In this document: in pieces, positions 1 through 7,722 of the stretch
Position numbering within the stretch: position 1 is the first letter of the stretch
Layout of the letters: each line of letters begins with the position of its first letter
Virus genome (UHGV): UHGV-0874476
Source of the DNA: a virus
Strand: one strand, 5' to 3'
Length of the DNA stretch: 13,335 nt
Notes under the pieces: generated by a model
What the model saw: only the letters and a program-made list of their open reading frames with translations
The model's database searches: none
Told to the model about the DNA's origin: nothing
Translations under genes and position numbers: made by a program

Positions 1-32
1 AATCTAGAATCAATAAATACAGCAAACGGTTC

Positions 33-311
33 ATGGGCGTCGGAATGGATGAGACATTTGCCACAGAATTAGCTGGTCTGATCGGAGAGATTGCAGAGCC
101 GGACAAGTTCTTTTCTGCACTTGATAAATTCGTAAAAGCGACAGTTAAAAAAGCCGGTGAAGATTCCGTGGAGGCTCTTGTTAAGAGCAATCCAGGAATT
201 AAGGCCGGAAACGGAGACGGGGCTGGAGAGTCACTGGCAGTAAGAAAAGCCAAAGAGCTTTCTGGTGGTGCTAGAACAGTAAATCAAGATATTCTTAAAA
301 ATTATATGTAG
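33..311 (+). CDS. hypothetical protein, probably 5'-truncated by window edge (frame open back to position 3)
   Basis: 92-codon ORF with mixed, non-repetitive composition; no competing minus-strand ORF in 1-540; followed by AGGAGG RBS of the next plus-strand ORF. Confidence 0.45.
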   Translation: MGVGMDETFATELAGLIGEIAEPDKFFSALDKFVKATVKKAGEDSVEALVKSNPGIKAGNGDGAGESLAVRKAKELSGGARTVNQDILKNYM

Positions 312-323
312 GAGGAATGAATA

Positions 324-779
324 ATGGCAAGAGGAGATATGAGAATCGATACTCTGAAGGTTGGTGCAGAGGAAGAGATTCTTAATAGAAAAGAGTTCCA
401 AGCGGTAGCGAATACAGTAGATTTTACCGATGTTTCTGATCGTTATAGTCTTTCTCTGACTTTTTATTGTGCTCTGTTTTACGTCATTTCTCTTGACGTT
501 GCTCCGATTAACGTCTCTTCTCCAGACATATTTCTACTTCTAAACCTTATCTATGATTGGAGAATTGGATATCTGGTTTTGTGGGTCCGAAGATGTATTA
601 TTTGTTTCTGCACCAGTTTCCGCACTATTTTCATAGGCGTATTTCTGGTAGGCTTCAATTCCTTCCTTGCTATCGTTGTAAACCTGTTCAACATCGTCAA
701 ACGCATCGATATATCTGAGGGCATGTCTTCCATTGATTCCGTGAGACACAAGCGTTGCAAATGTATTTGCCTTGATTGA
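324..779 (+). CDS. hypothetical protein; last ~240 nt overlap the portal gene in antisense, so true 3' extent is uncertain
   Basis: ATG 324 preceded by taggagg at ~8 nt spacing; first ~45 aa look protein-like, remainder is Cys/Phe/Ile-rich as expected for antisense read-through. Confidence 0.3.
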   Translation: MARGDMRIDTLKVGAEEEILNRKEFQAVANTVDFTDVSDRYSLSLTFYCALFYVISLDVAPINVSSPDIFLLLNLIYDWRIGYLVLWVRRCIICFCTSFRTIFIGVFLVGFNSFLAIVVNLFNIVKRIDISEGMSSIDSVRHKRCKCICLD

Positions 780-2033
780 CATGTCCACCGATTTTTTTCT
801 AAGGAAACGAAACTCAATATCAGAAACATGAACTCTTCTTATTGGGCTGTCTGACGGAAGAACCCTTGATGGAATTGTTTTGATTGCCTTAAGTATAAGA
901 CTAATTTCCTTCCGCTTTCCCCTTTCCGTCATTTGCTGTTCTTGCAGAGCATCCAACTCCGCTGCGCTCCACCCGGAAGCCATGTCTGTTGCTGTTCCGG
1001 TGGATCCTCCACCAGAGCTCTCATACTGAATTGGAACATAGCAATCTTGGAGTATTGTAGCTCTCTGATTCTTTATGGCATCAAGAGTGCTGCTGCCATT
1101 GAAAGAACTTGACAATGGAGCGATCTTGGCAACCTTTCCGTCAGAGCTATACGTTAGAATCCAATCACCAGATTTGGGTTTTACAGGATTTCCTTTCTCA
1201 TCTTCTCTGAAATCAATGTTATCGCCCCACCAGAGCTCCTGCGTCCGTTGGCTAACATCATTTACGAAGTCAGATTCCAAAATATTCAGCGCATCAATTT
1301 CTTTGATTTTACGTTCAAAACATCCAGTCCTGTCAACCGACCGTTCATATTCTACGATCGGGATCTGACCTAAGATGTTCACCGTGTGGAATTTTATCTC
1401 TCCGGCTTCAATTTCAAAGCGTTCTGTATCCGTGAAACATGTGAAATAATTCTTTCCAGATCTTTTCACATACGATACTCCCATCATCTCACGCTGGCTA
1501 GGTCCATTGTGATACACTACAAAAGCGAATCTAGAGTCCAAAGTATAGATATTTACCAAAGATTCTGGAATTTCATTTACCGTTGCCGGAAATGTCTTTG
1601 GCTCAATCATTCTGTGTCCGATTCCACAAATTTCAAGGAATTCTGCCATTTGCTGATCTTTGAACGAAATATTTTCCCCGTTCTTAAGGATTTCATTCAA
1701 CCCAGAGATTCCAGAATCATCTATATCGGAATTGGTATTATGAATTTCTTTGTCTCCTCTTTGAACCAAAAGAATCGGACTTCCCCAGTTATATCCTTTT
1801 TTGAACTTCTTAATATAGTTCGGCAAACTTGAATTAACCCGAATATCTATATCGGCACGCACCGTCTTCTCCCTCTGTAGCGGCTGTTCTCCACGCTCAT
1901 AATCTATGAGGTATTGTATTTCCAATACATTCTGTCTATGCTTGGCATAGGCTTTTTGCAAAACTTCCACGATATTATTTTTATCTATGCTGTCAGCATC
2001 TGTATAAATCTTCTGCCTGCCAAGCAGACGCAT
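540..2033 (-). CDS. putative phage portal protein
   Basis: 497-aa ORF, ATG 2033 with GGTGGTGGG SD-like sequence; size and position downstream of terminase large subunit fit a portal; acidic C-terminus; family assignment from memory only. Confidence 0.7.
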   Translation of the reverse strand: MRLLGRQKIYTDADSIDKNNIVEVLQKAYAKHRQNVLEIQYLIDYERGEQPLQREKTVRADIDIRVNSSLPNYIKKFKKGYNWGSPILLVQRGDKEIHNTNSDIDDSGISGLNEILKNGENISFKDQQMAEFLEICGIGHRMIEPKTFPATVNEIPESLVNIYTLDSRFAFVVYHNGPSQREMMGVSYVKRSGKNYFTCFTDTERFEIEAGEIKFHTVNILGQIPIVEYERSVDRTGCFERKIKEIDALNILESDFVNDVSQRTQELWWGDNIDFREDEKGNPVKPKSGDWILTYSSDGKVAKIAPLSSSFNGSSTLDAIKNQRATILQDCYVPIQYESSGGGSTGTATDMASGWSAAELDALQEQQMTERGKRKEISLILKAIKTIPSRVLPSDSPIRRVHVSDIEFRFLRKKSVDMSIKANTFATLVSHGINGRHALRYIDAFDDVEQVYNDSKEGIEAYQKYAYENSAETGAETNNTSSDPQNQISNSPIIDKV

Positions 2034-2045
2034 ATTCCCACCACC

Positions 2046-2171
2046 TTATTTCCGTACTACATACCTTCCTCCAAAGGTTAAGCCAGATCCGCATTTTCTG
2101 TCCTTATATAATGTCGGAATATCAACCCAAACTTTATCTTTTTTAATTTCTTTTCTCTTTGTTTTCTCCAT
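2046..2171 (-). CDS. possible 41-aa basic mini-protein (MEKTKRKEIKKDKVWVDIPTLYKDRKCGSGLTFGGRYVVRK)
   Basis: ATG 2171 preceded by AGGAGAAGAT SD; lies between terminator hairpin and portal start; below ORF-track size cutoff, hand-translated. Confidence 0.2.
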   Translation of the reverse strand: MEKTKRKEIKKDKVWVDIPTLYKDRKCGSGLTFGGRYVVRK

Positions 2172-2180
2172 ATCTTCTCC

Positions 2181-2214
2181 TAAAAGAAAAAGCACCGAGA
2201 TTTCTCTCAGTGCT
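2181..2214 (-). terminator. Rho-independent terminator-like hairpin on minus strand
   Basis: minus-strand RNA AGCACUGAGA-GAAA-UCUCGGUGCU (10-bp stem with one G-U, GNRA loop) followed by UUUUUCUUUUU; the G-U is a C-A mismatch on the plus strand, so the structure is strand-specific. Confidence 0.55.
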
Positions 2215-2274
2215 CACTTTATTCTTTCACGATACTATTATATCTTAAATTAGCGCCCCCTAGGAACTCACTTT

Positions 2275-2682
2275 TTACCGTTTTTTGCTCAAAAGATAAA
2301 AGAAATACCGTCTTCGGTCAAGAAAAGAAGCTTCACTCATGGGGATTTTAGATATATCCCTAAGATACCAGAACGGTTGCTCATAACAGGCTGATTTGAT
2401 TATGTATTCCCACATTTCTGGAGATGCTTCTTTTGCAGTCTCTTCAATCATCTTAATTCTTTTTGAAACATTCGCCCTCTTAATTGCCAAGTCGCAAGTT
2501 TCATCATTGATATTGTTAGTCTGAGAATATACCATACCATCTATACACCGGCTTTTCGTTGTGGGCTCAAGTTCATTCAGTTCTTCCTTCCATTCTGGAT
2601 ACTGTTCGCAGAATCCGCATAGTTCCTTATATCTTTTGGCTGATATTCCATATTTTTGTAATGTTAATGTTCTTTTCTTCAA
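2275..2682 (-). CDS. hypothetical 135-aa protein between terminase and portal (TTG start)
   Basis: TTG start 2682 with AGGAGG SD 8 nt upstream that overlaps the terL stop codon (tight coupling); first ATG is only at codon 50; four Cys in N-terminal half, basic C-terminus. Confidence 0.6.
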   Translation of the reverse strand: MKKRTLTLQKYGISAKRYKELCGFCEQYPEWKEELNELEPTTKSRCIDGMVYSQTNNINDETCDLAIKRANVSKRIKMIEETAKEASPEMWEYIIKSACYEQPFWYLRDISKIPMSEASFLDRRRYFFYLLSKKR

Positions 2683-2694
2683 TTCTGATACCTC

Positions 2695-4407
2695 CTAATA
2701 AGGGCTTCTTACAATTCGAGATTCTTTTCGTCCAAGTGTATCTTGTACACATTCAGCTAACATACTAAGCGAATCTATTCCGTCATCATGTAGCACTTTT
2801 GCCTTTGTTGTATAAGTACAAACATTCCCCATGAATAATCCGTAATCAGATTTTGGTGTATAAAGACTCGGATCTAAAAACAGACAATGTTTCTTAATCC
2901 AGTCTGCATTAACCAATATTTTTGTTTCCTTATTTGCCGTTGTATATTTCGTTTCAATGCTTGTCCGGCACTTTCCTTTAACCATCTTTTCAATGTTATC
3001 TGCGATTCGTCCTCCGGCTTGGTTCGACTCAAATCTTACTTTATGCGGATTATGCTCAATGATTATGTCTGCTGTTTTCCTGTCCAAAGTGTCGTAATCC
3101 GTGTTATCGTCAAATACTACTGCTGGAATATAGAAATCTTCGCCAAACTGATAAGCAATGGGTAATGACTCAAAGTCTGTTCCCTTATCTTTGGTATCAC
3201 ACACGCCCCATATAGCATCTGGTTCTCTATCCGGAAAAATAGTAAATTGCATTTGTTTCTCTGGTACTTGATCTTTTGAAAAGAAAAATCTTCTCAGCTC
3301 AGATGCAGGGAGAAGCAATCCTTCTCTTTCGATCGGTTGCTGCTGATATAAACAGTTGAAAGAAATATCATCCATGGACTCTTTAGCATCCATAAAATAT
3401 TTCTTAGAAAACCCATTTACAGTAAACATGAAGTTACTTTCTCCGTTTTCATCTAAAGCCGGAATTGCTATGAATTTAGCTTTTGGATTCCCTTCGTAAA
3501 GTTGTTGTAGCTTACCTATTGGATCATGTACCGACCACCTAGTCGCTATATAAATTTCTTTACACCCCTCTAATCGTCTGGAACGTAAATCATTGACAAC
3601 CTTTGTCCAAAGGGTTTCTAATCGGTTTTTGTTCAATGCCTCTTCGATACCAGATACAAGGTCATCGGCTGTAAGAAATCTATTACATCGGGTAGCACCT
3701 GTAAGGGAACCGTCTATAGAGCGGAATGTCCATGTCTTAAATCGTCCATTTCTTTCAAGATTTACAGTTGTTTCTTTCGCATTGGTATTGGTAAGCTGTA
3801 CTGTCGGGAAAATCTCATGCCATGTATATTCCACCGGATCGTTAATGATTTCAAGCACACCATCATAAAGGGAACGTGTCAAAATGCTACTATGTGCTGA
3901 TGAAAGGTTGAAATCGTTCGGAAACCATCCGCCCACAAGCGAAAGAAAGAAATCTTCAAGTGTGGATTTTCCACATCCGGGCGGAACGCTCAGCCCAAAT
4001 ATATCCAATTCATCATCCATTAAATCTTGCAGGCTCTGTATAATTTGATGTTTTACGAACACTTCCCGTCTTGGTTCATAAAATCTTTCTTTTGGAAGTC
4101 GATTCTTCTCTAAATAAAGTAGCCCGCTGTCTACCTGATAGTTTTGGGCTTCCAATAGTAAATACTTCCAGTACAAATCATCAAATTCTCCGCTGCCGGT
4201 CTGAGCCGCCATATAAGCAGCCATCTCATGTGCATACTTGCTGATTTTCATGGCGTAGTCCCGGACTTCCTTATTTTCAGAGAAGTCAAAATCTTCTCTC
4301 ATATTCAGAAGCAAATCCAGGCAATCCCTCTGGTTAACTTTGTTCTTCAATCCGTCATTTATAATTTGTTGGAATAGTCCTTTGTACCATTCCATAGTTC
4401 CTTCCAT
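2695..4407 (-). CDS. terL: phage terminase large subunit
   Basis: 570-aa ORF; Walker A-like PPGCGKST; C-terminal nuclease-like segment ending LHDDGIDSLSMLAE typical of terminase RNase H-like domains; AGGAGG SD upstream of ATG 4407. Confidence 0.88.
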   Translation of the reverse strand: MEGTMEWYKGLFQQIINDGLKNKVNQRDCLDLLLNMREDFDFSENKEVRDYAMKISKYAHEMAAYMAAQTGSGEFDDLYWKYLLLEAQNYQVDSGLLYLEKNRLPKERFYEPRREVFVKHQIIQSLQDLMDDELDIFGLSVPPGCGKSTLEDFFLSLVGGWFPNDFNLSSAHSSILTRSLYDGVLEIINDPVEYTWHEIFPTVQLTNTNAKETTVNLERNGRFKTWTFRSIDGSLTGATRCNRFLTADDLVSGIEEALNKNRLETLWTKVVNDLRSRRLEGCKEIYIATRWSVHDPIGKLQQLYEGNPKAKFIAIPALDENGESNFMFTVNGFSKKYFMDAKESMDDISFNCLYQQQPIEREGLLLPASELRRFFFSKDQVPEKQMQFTIFPDREPDAIWGVCDTKDKGTDFESLPIAYQFGEDFYIPAVVFDDNTDYDTLDRKTADIIIEHNPHKVRFESNQAGGRIADNIEKMVKGKCRTSIETKYTTANKETKILVNADWIKKHCLFLDPSLYTPKSDYGLFMGNVCTYTTKAKVLHDDGIDSLSMLAECVQDTLGRKESRIVRSPY

Positions 4408-4446
4408 TGAAAAAGAGCCTCCTTCCCCTGTTTATTTAGGAAAGTC

Positions 4447-4468
4447 CGGCTCTTGATTTCGGCTCTTG
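4447..4468. repeat. tandem 9-bp direct repeat cggctcttg x2 (4-bp spacer) inside a weak inverted repeat, ~40 bp upstream of terL
   Basis: exact copies at 4447-4455 and 4460-4468 in the 67-bp lipoprotein-terL intergenic region. Confidence 0.5.
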
Positions 4469-4474
4469 CGACTT

Positions 4475-4837
4475 TTATCGTATTCTGATAATTTTTCTTT
4501 CTATTATTTCTCCATTTTTATATGTGTTTCGAATTTCTACAGAAATATTATCTCCTATTTTTGAGTTGTAAAATATTGGTGCACCAAATGCTCCTTTTGA
4601 CCATGAATTTTCTTCATAATGCAAATCATACGGCTCATAATAAACTTCGATATGCCACTCATACCTATGAGTAATAGCAAACCAGTGTCGCATATCCAAT
4701 TCTTGTATTTCTGCACTCACAATTTCATATTCGTATGTTAATTGTTGGTTGTTCTCAGAAACTTCTATTTCTCTTCCAGAACATCCAGTTAGGATCAATG
4801 TTAAAAATATACACAACATGATTTTCAAAAACTTCAT
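4475..4837 (-). CDS. small lipoprotein (120 aa)
   Basis: ATG 4837 preceded by GGGAGAAAA SD; N-terminus MKFLKIMLCIFLTLILTGCSG has hydrophobic signal plus lipobox L-T-G-C; the ORF-track start at 4945 lacks an RBS. Confidence 0.6.
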   Translation of the reverse strand: MKFLKIMLCIFLTLILTGCSGREIEVSENNQQLTYEYEIVSAEIQELDMRHWFAITHRYEWHIEVYYEPYDLHYEENSWSKGAFGAPIFYNSKIGDNISVEIRNTYKNGEIIERKIIRIR

Positions 4838-4875
4838 ATTTTCTCCCAACTTGTAAGAAATCCTTACAGGTTCAA

Positions 4876-5118
4876 TCATCTCACATATAATGTTCCATCT
4901 GCATTTAATCTTGGAGTAATCCCTTCCGACGTTGAAATATACCATACTCCAGTTTCTTCATCCCGAAAAGCATATACAAAGCACGAGCCAGAATTAAGTA
5001 AGATACTGTAATCTATAGCATATTCATATTCTTTACGATTTCCATTTTTACATCCAGTTAATCCAAAGGCCAAAATAACTACTACTGTAATAATCAATGG
5101 TAATTTCCAATTTTTCAT
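4876..5118 (-). CDS. small lipoprotein (80 aa)
   Basis: ATG 5118 preceded by GAGGAA SD; N-terminus MKNWKLPLIITVVVILAFGLTGCKNG has signal peptide plus lipobox. Confidence 0.6.
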   Translation of the reverse strand: MKNWKLPLIITVVVILAFGLTGCKNGNRKEYEYAIDYSILLNSGSCFVYAFRDEETGVWYISTSEGITPRLNADGTLYVR

Positions 5119-5121
5119 GTC

Positions 5122-5535
5122 CTATTCCTCAACTTTCTTCATTTCTGGTAATGGTTCATCACTCATTCTCAATGGTTCCCTAGAATCAACGCACCAATCA
5201 TTTTTATTTTCGCTGTCTTTCCATAACTGATGCCGAATTACTTGCCATATATCCTCTGCGATTAACTGTTCTTCTGACTTATCGTTCCTCTGTCCATCCC
5301 AAATAATTCGTCCGGCACATTCAAGGACTTTCCGAACCGCCTCACGTTCTGTAATATACCTCTCAAAAATTTTTTCGTGGTTCGGATTATTGGGCGAAAG
5401 GTCAATTCCTTTCATGACTAACGAATCCGCCAAATCTCCCCACTGGTTCATACGGATACGAAAGTATTCTTCCAGTGCTTCTTTGATTAAGATTGTTTGT
5501 TTTTCTGTAATTGTTAGCGTATATTTCTTTTCCAT
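5122..5535 (-). CDS. hypothetical protein (137 aa from ATG 5535)
   Basis: ATG 5535 preceded by GGAG at ~7 nt; upstream ATG 5550 has no RBS; 4-nt gap to upstream gene stop. Confidence 0.55.
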   Translation of the reverse strand: MEKKYTLTITEKQTILIKEALEEYFRIRMNQWGDLADSLVMKGIDLSPNNPNHEKIFERYITEREAVRKVLECAGRIIWDGQRNDKSEEQLIAEDIWQVIRHQLWKDSENKNDWCVDSREPLRMSDEPLPEMKKVEE

Positions 5536-5539
5536 ACCA

Positions 5540-5776
5540 TCACTCCACATTCACAATGAAACTCTGTCTGCACTTGCTTGCCTTACAAATATATGGCATC
5601 TTATGTATCTTCGTGTCTGGAAGAATCTTAATCAATTTCTTATGGCAAAAAGGACAGGTAACAAACTTCCCATCCTTGCATTCTTTTATTTCCGCTTCAC
5701 CATTCCATGTCGGAGCGTTCATGAACTCGTCAAAACTTCTCCCTGACATTTCCCGTATTACTTCTGTCATACTCAT
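5540..5776 (-). CDS. hypothetical small Cys-rich protein (78 aa, CPFC...C..C)
   Basis: ATG 5776 overlaps stop of upstream gene (ATGA coupling); zinc-ribbon-like Cys spacing. Confidence 0.55.
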   Translation of the reverse strand: MSMTEVIREMSGRSFDEFMNAPTWNGEAEIKECKDGKFVTCPFCHKKLIKILPDTKIHKMPYICKASKCRQSFIVNVE

Positions 5777-6060
5777 TCCTGTTCCTCTGGATTCTTAAAA
5801 ATTACTGTCACACCTGTTTCCCTCTCACACACTTCTACCATTTCATCTATATTCCCACTAAAGTCCTCCCAAATCTTTTGGGATTCCACAAATGCCCTAT
5901 TGATTCTCTCGTATCCAAATCCATAGGTACGGTGAAGCGCAATTGCCATGGCTGCATAAATTTGCGGGACCATCTGATCTGCGGCCTTTCCGATATTTTC
6001 TGCCTGTTTTTGTTTTGCTAATGCATTAATCGAATTTATCAGCCTATTGTTTTTCCCCAT
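5773..6060 (-). CDS. hypothetical protein (95 aa)
   Basis: ATG 6060 preceded by AAAGGGAGG SD; member of coupled operon. Confidence 0.6.
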   Translation of the reverse strand: MGKNNRLINSINALAKQKQAENIGKAADQMVPQIYAAMAIALHRTYGFGYERINRAFVESQKIWEDFSGNIDEMVEVCERETGVTVIFKNPEEQE

Positions 6061-6235
6061 AGAATTGCCTCCCTTTATTCAGCCGTTTTTCTTCGTGACC
6101 AAACTGACATTTTATCATATCAGTAATATGTGACCGTTCTTGCCGGATTCCATGTCCTTGCCGAAACAACTCGCATTGAAGAATCTCTCCACAATACTGA
6201 CATTCGTCCTTGATTTCTTTACCTGCTATTTTCAA
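6044..6235 (-). CDS. hypothetical small Cys-rich protein (63 aa, TTG start)
   Basis: TTG 6235 preceded by GGAGAAAAGAC; CQYCGEILQC motif; overlaps neighbours by 17 nt at each end. Confidence 0.35.
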   Translation of the reverse strand: MKIAGKEIKDECQYCGEILQCELFRQGHGIRQERSHITDMIKCQFGHEEKRLNKGRQFYGEKQ

Positions 6236-6416
6236 GTCTTTTCTCCAAATTCTCTGCTATTCTGAAACACTTTTTTCTGTTCCAGCACCGAATGTTATTC
6301 ACATATCTATTTGGTTCGTCAAAAGAGGAACAGTTTATTTTCTCCACTTCTGGCGCAAAGTCCTGGCAATAAGAACAGAAGTCTTGAAGTAATAAATTGA
6401 ATCCATTAACATTCAT
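6219..6416 (-). CDS. hypothetical small Cys-rich protein (65 aa)
   Basis: ATG 6416 preceded by GAGGAGGAAG SD; ATGA overlap with upstream stop. Confidence 0.5.
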   Translation of the reverse strand: MNVNGFNLLLQDFCSYCQDFAPEVEKINCSSFDEPNRYVNNIRCWNRKKCFRIAENLEKRLENSR

Positions 6417-6631
6417 TTAATCTTCCTCCTCATAGGAATCCCGTGCATTTTTCGCCAGTTATTACAGCACATACGATTTGATTCTCCAATGCAAATTTGA
6501 AAATATGTTACTTGAACAATCCCATGCGTTCTAGTCGCCATATCCTTTGCTTCTTTTCGTCTTCCCCAAACTCTCCCACACGAATGCTCTGGATATTTTA
6601 GATATGACCAATCGACTTTATTCATATTCAC
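6413..6631 (-). CDS. hypothetical small protein (72 aa; GTG start at 6631 or ATG at 6625)
   Basis: GTGA start/stop overlap with upstream gene; weak SD; Cys/His-containing. Confidence 0.4.
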   Translation of the reverse strand: MNMNKVDWSYLKYPEHSCGRVWGRRKEAKDMATRTHGIVQVTYFQICIGESNRMCCNNWRKMHGIPMRRKIK

Positions 6632-6852
6632 TCAACCTTTCTAAACCCGATAAAGTCCGAAAATCCGAAAGAACCGTCTTTGCAATTATGTACATCATGT
6701 CTATGCAACCCAATACCACAGCCTTTCGGATAGAAAAATTCTTTATTTGTAATTCCTACTATGCTTTGAAATGCTATGTTCTCTCCTATACCTACTGTGC
6801 TATATTTTTCTCCGCACATCCGGCATTTGTAGATTGCTCTGTATTCTGACAT
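6628..6852 (-). CDS. hypothetical small Cys-rich protein (74 aa, CRMCGEK...C..HxxxC)
   Basis: ATG 6852 preceded by GGGAGGAG SD at 5 nt; ORF-track start 6867 is TTG without RBS. Confidence 0.55.
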   Translation of the reverse strand: MSEYRAIYKCRMCGEKYSTVGIGENIAFQSIVGITNKEFFYPKGCGIGLHRHDVHNCKDGSFGFSDFIGFRKVE

Positions 6853-6854
6853 AA

Positions 6855-7079
6855 TTACTCCTCCCAATTCTTCAAAAACTCCTGTACGTATTCATAGTTC
6901 CAACCACCGGAACCATTGATGTCCGTATCATCTTTCAAAAGATTCCATGCCTCTTCTTTGGTTTCAGCATATCCGATAAGATAATCGGAATCTCCGCACT
7001 CTTCACAATAAGTCTGCTCGTAATCTAATATTTCATCAGATACAAACAGACCGCCCATGTGTGATTGATATATGTACAT
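6855..7079 (-). CDS. hypothetical acidic small protein (74 aa, CEECGD motif)
   Basis: ATG 7079 overlaps upstream stop (TAATG coupling). Confidence 0.55.
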   Translation of the reverse strand: MYIYQSHMGGLFVSDEILDYEQTYCEECGDSDYLIGYAETKEEAWNLLKDDTDINGSGGWNYEYVQEFLKNWEE

Positions 7080-7372
7080 TACTGTCCCACCCCAAAATGT
7101 TTCCGCAGCATTGCCAATTCATCGACTGCTTTCAGAAATGCTGTCCGCATATCGGTATACCGAATACAATCCTGCTGGTGCTGGTCTTGAAGGTCTTTGC
7201 AAATTCTTTCCAACTCTGCAATTCTGTACTTTTCTTCTTTTTCCACTTTCTTAATTTCAACAGATTCATAAACATCTTCTAGTTTTGATCTAAGAACTGC
7301 GTTTTCGTCAATAAGGTTTCTGATTTGTTCAATCATTTCCTGCTTTGTCATTTCTCTTACACAATCGCACAT
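7079..7372 (-). CDS. hypothetical coiled-coil protein (97 aa)
   Basis: ATG 7372 preceded by GAGG at 9 nt; heptad-like charged/hydrophobic pattern; first gene after the tRNA island. Confidence 0.6.
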   Translation of the reverse strand: MCDCVREMTKQEMIEQIRNLIDENAVLRSKLEDVYESVEIKKVEKEEKYRIAELERICKDLQDQHQQDCIRYTDMRTAFLKAVDELAMLRKHFGVGQ

Positions 7373-7400
7373 ATTTTTTACCTCACAAAATTATTTGAAA

Positions 7401-7426
7401 TGCGCGGGTGTGGATTTGCACCACAC
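7401..7426 (-). other. tRNA 3'-half-like remnant (T-arm-like hairpin GUGUGG-UGCAAAU-CCACAC plus CCCGCGCA tail); no matching 5' acceptor strand found
   Basis: plus-strand gtgtggatttgcaccacac; no complementary acceptor within 100 nt upstream on minus strand. Confidence 0.3.
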
Positions 7427-7557
7427 ATGATTTTCATTCCTACAAGTGTCCTCCGAATTATACATTCCCGACCACTATAAAATCTTATGTTTAAGCGTTT
7501 ACCTGTTCCGCCACCGCACATCACGCATTGATTACCGGCTCAATACGCAAAGCCTAA

Positions 7558-7671
7558 TTGCGACAGGTGGATTTGAACCACCGCTTATACCAACGCCAGA
7601 CCTTCCCAGATTTCAATGGTAGCTAGTCATATACTTTCTGTTGGGTGTGAGGATTTGAACCTCTGTCGCAA
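7558..7671 (-). other. composite tRNA-like structured element: 9-bp terminal inverted repeat enclosing two T-arm-like hairpins with identical UUCAAAU loops
   Basis: minus strand UUGCGACAG...CUGUCGCAA (perfect 9-bp complement); hairpins GAGG-UUCAAAU-CCUC and GGUGG-UUCAAAU-CCACC; neither hairpin has a canonical tRNA body around it. Confidence 0.35.
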
Positions 7672-7722
7672 ACCACGAAAGCTTTCTTCACAACAACAAC
7701 CGGATAAAATCATTGCTGTGCA

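Noticed and set aside
2237-2242. Sigma-70-like promoter from a TATAAT hexamer upstream of the portal region
   Set aside because: No acceptable -35 element at 17 bp spacing, and a transcript from it would run straight into the terminator hairpin; likely chance occurrence in AT-rich DNA
551-3868. ORF-track calls inside or antisense to portal, the 135-aa gene and terL (551-829 minus; 1075-1368, 1386-1832, 2559-2768, 2887-3165, 3593-3868 plus)
   Set aside because: Fully embedded in the long portal/terminase reading frames on the opposite strand or another frame; no RBS; compositions typical of antisense read-through
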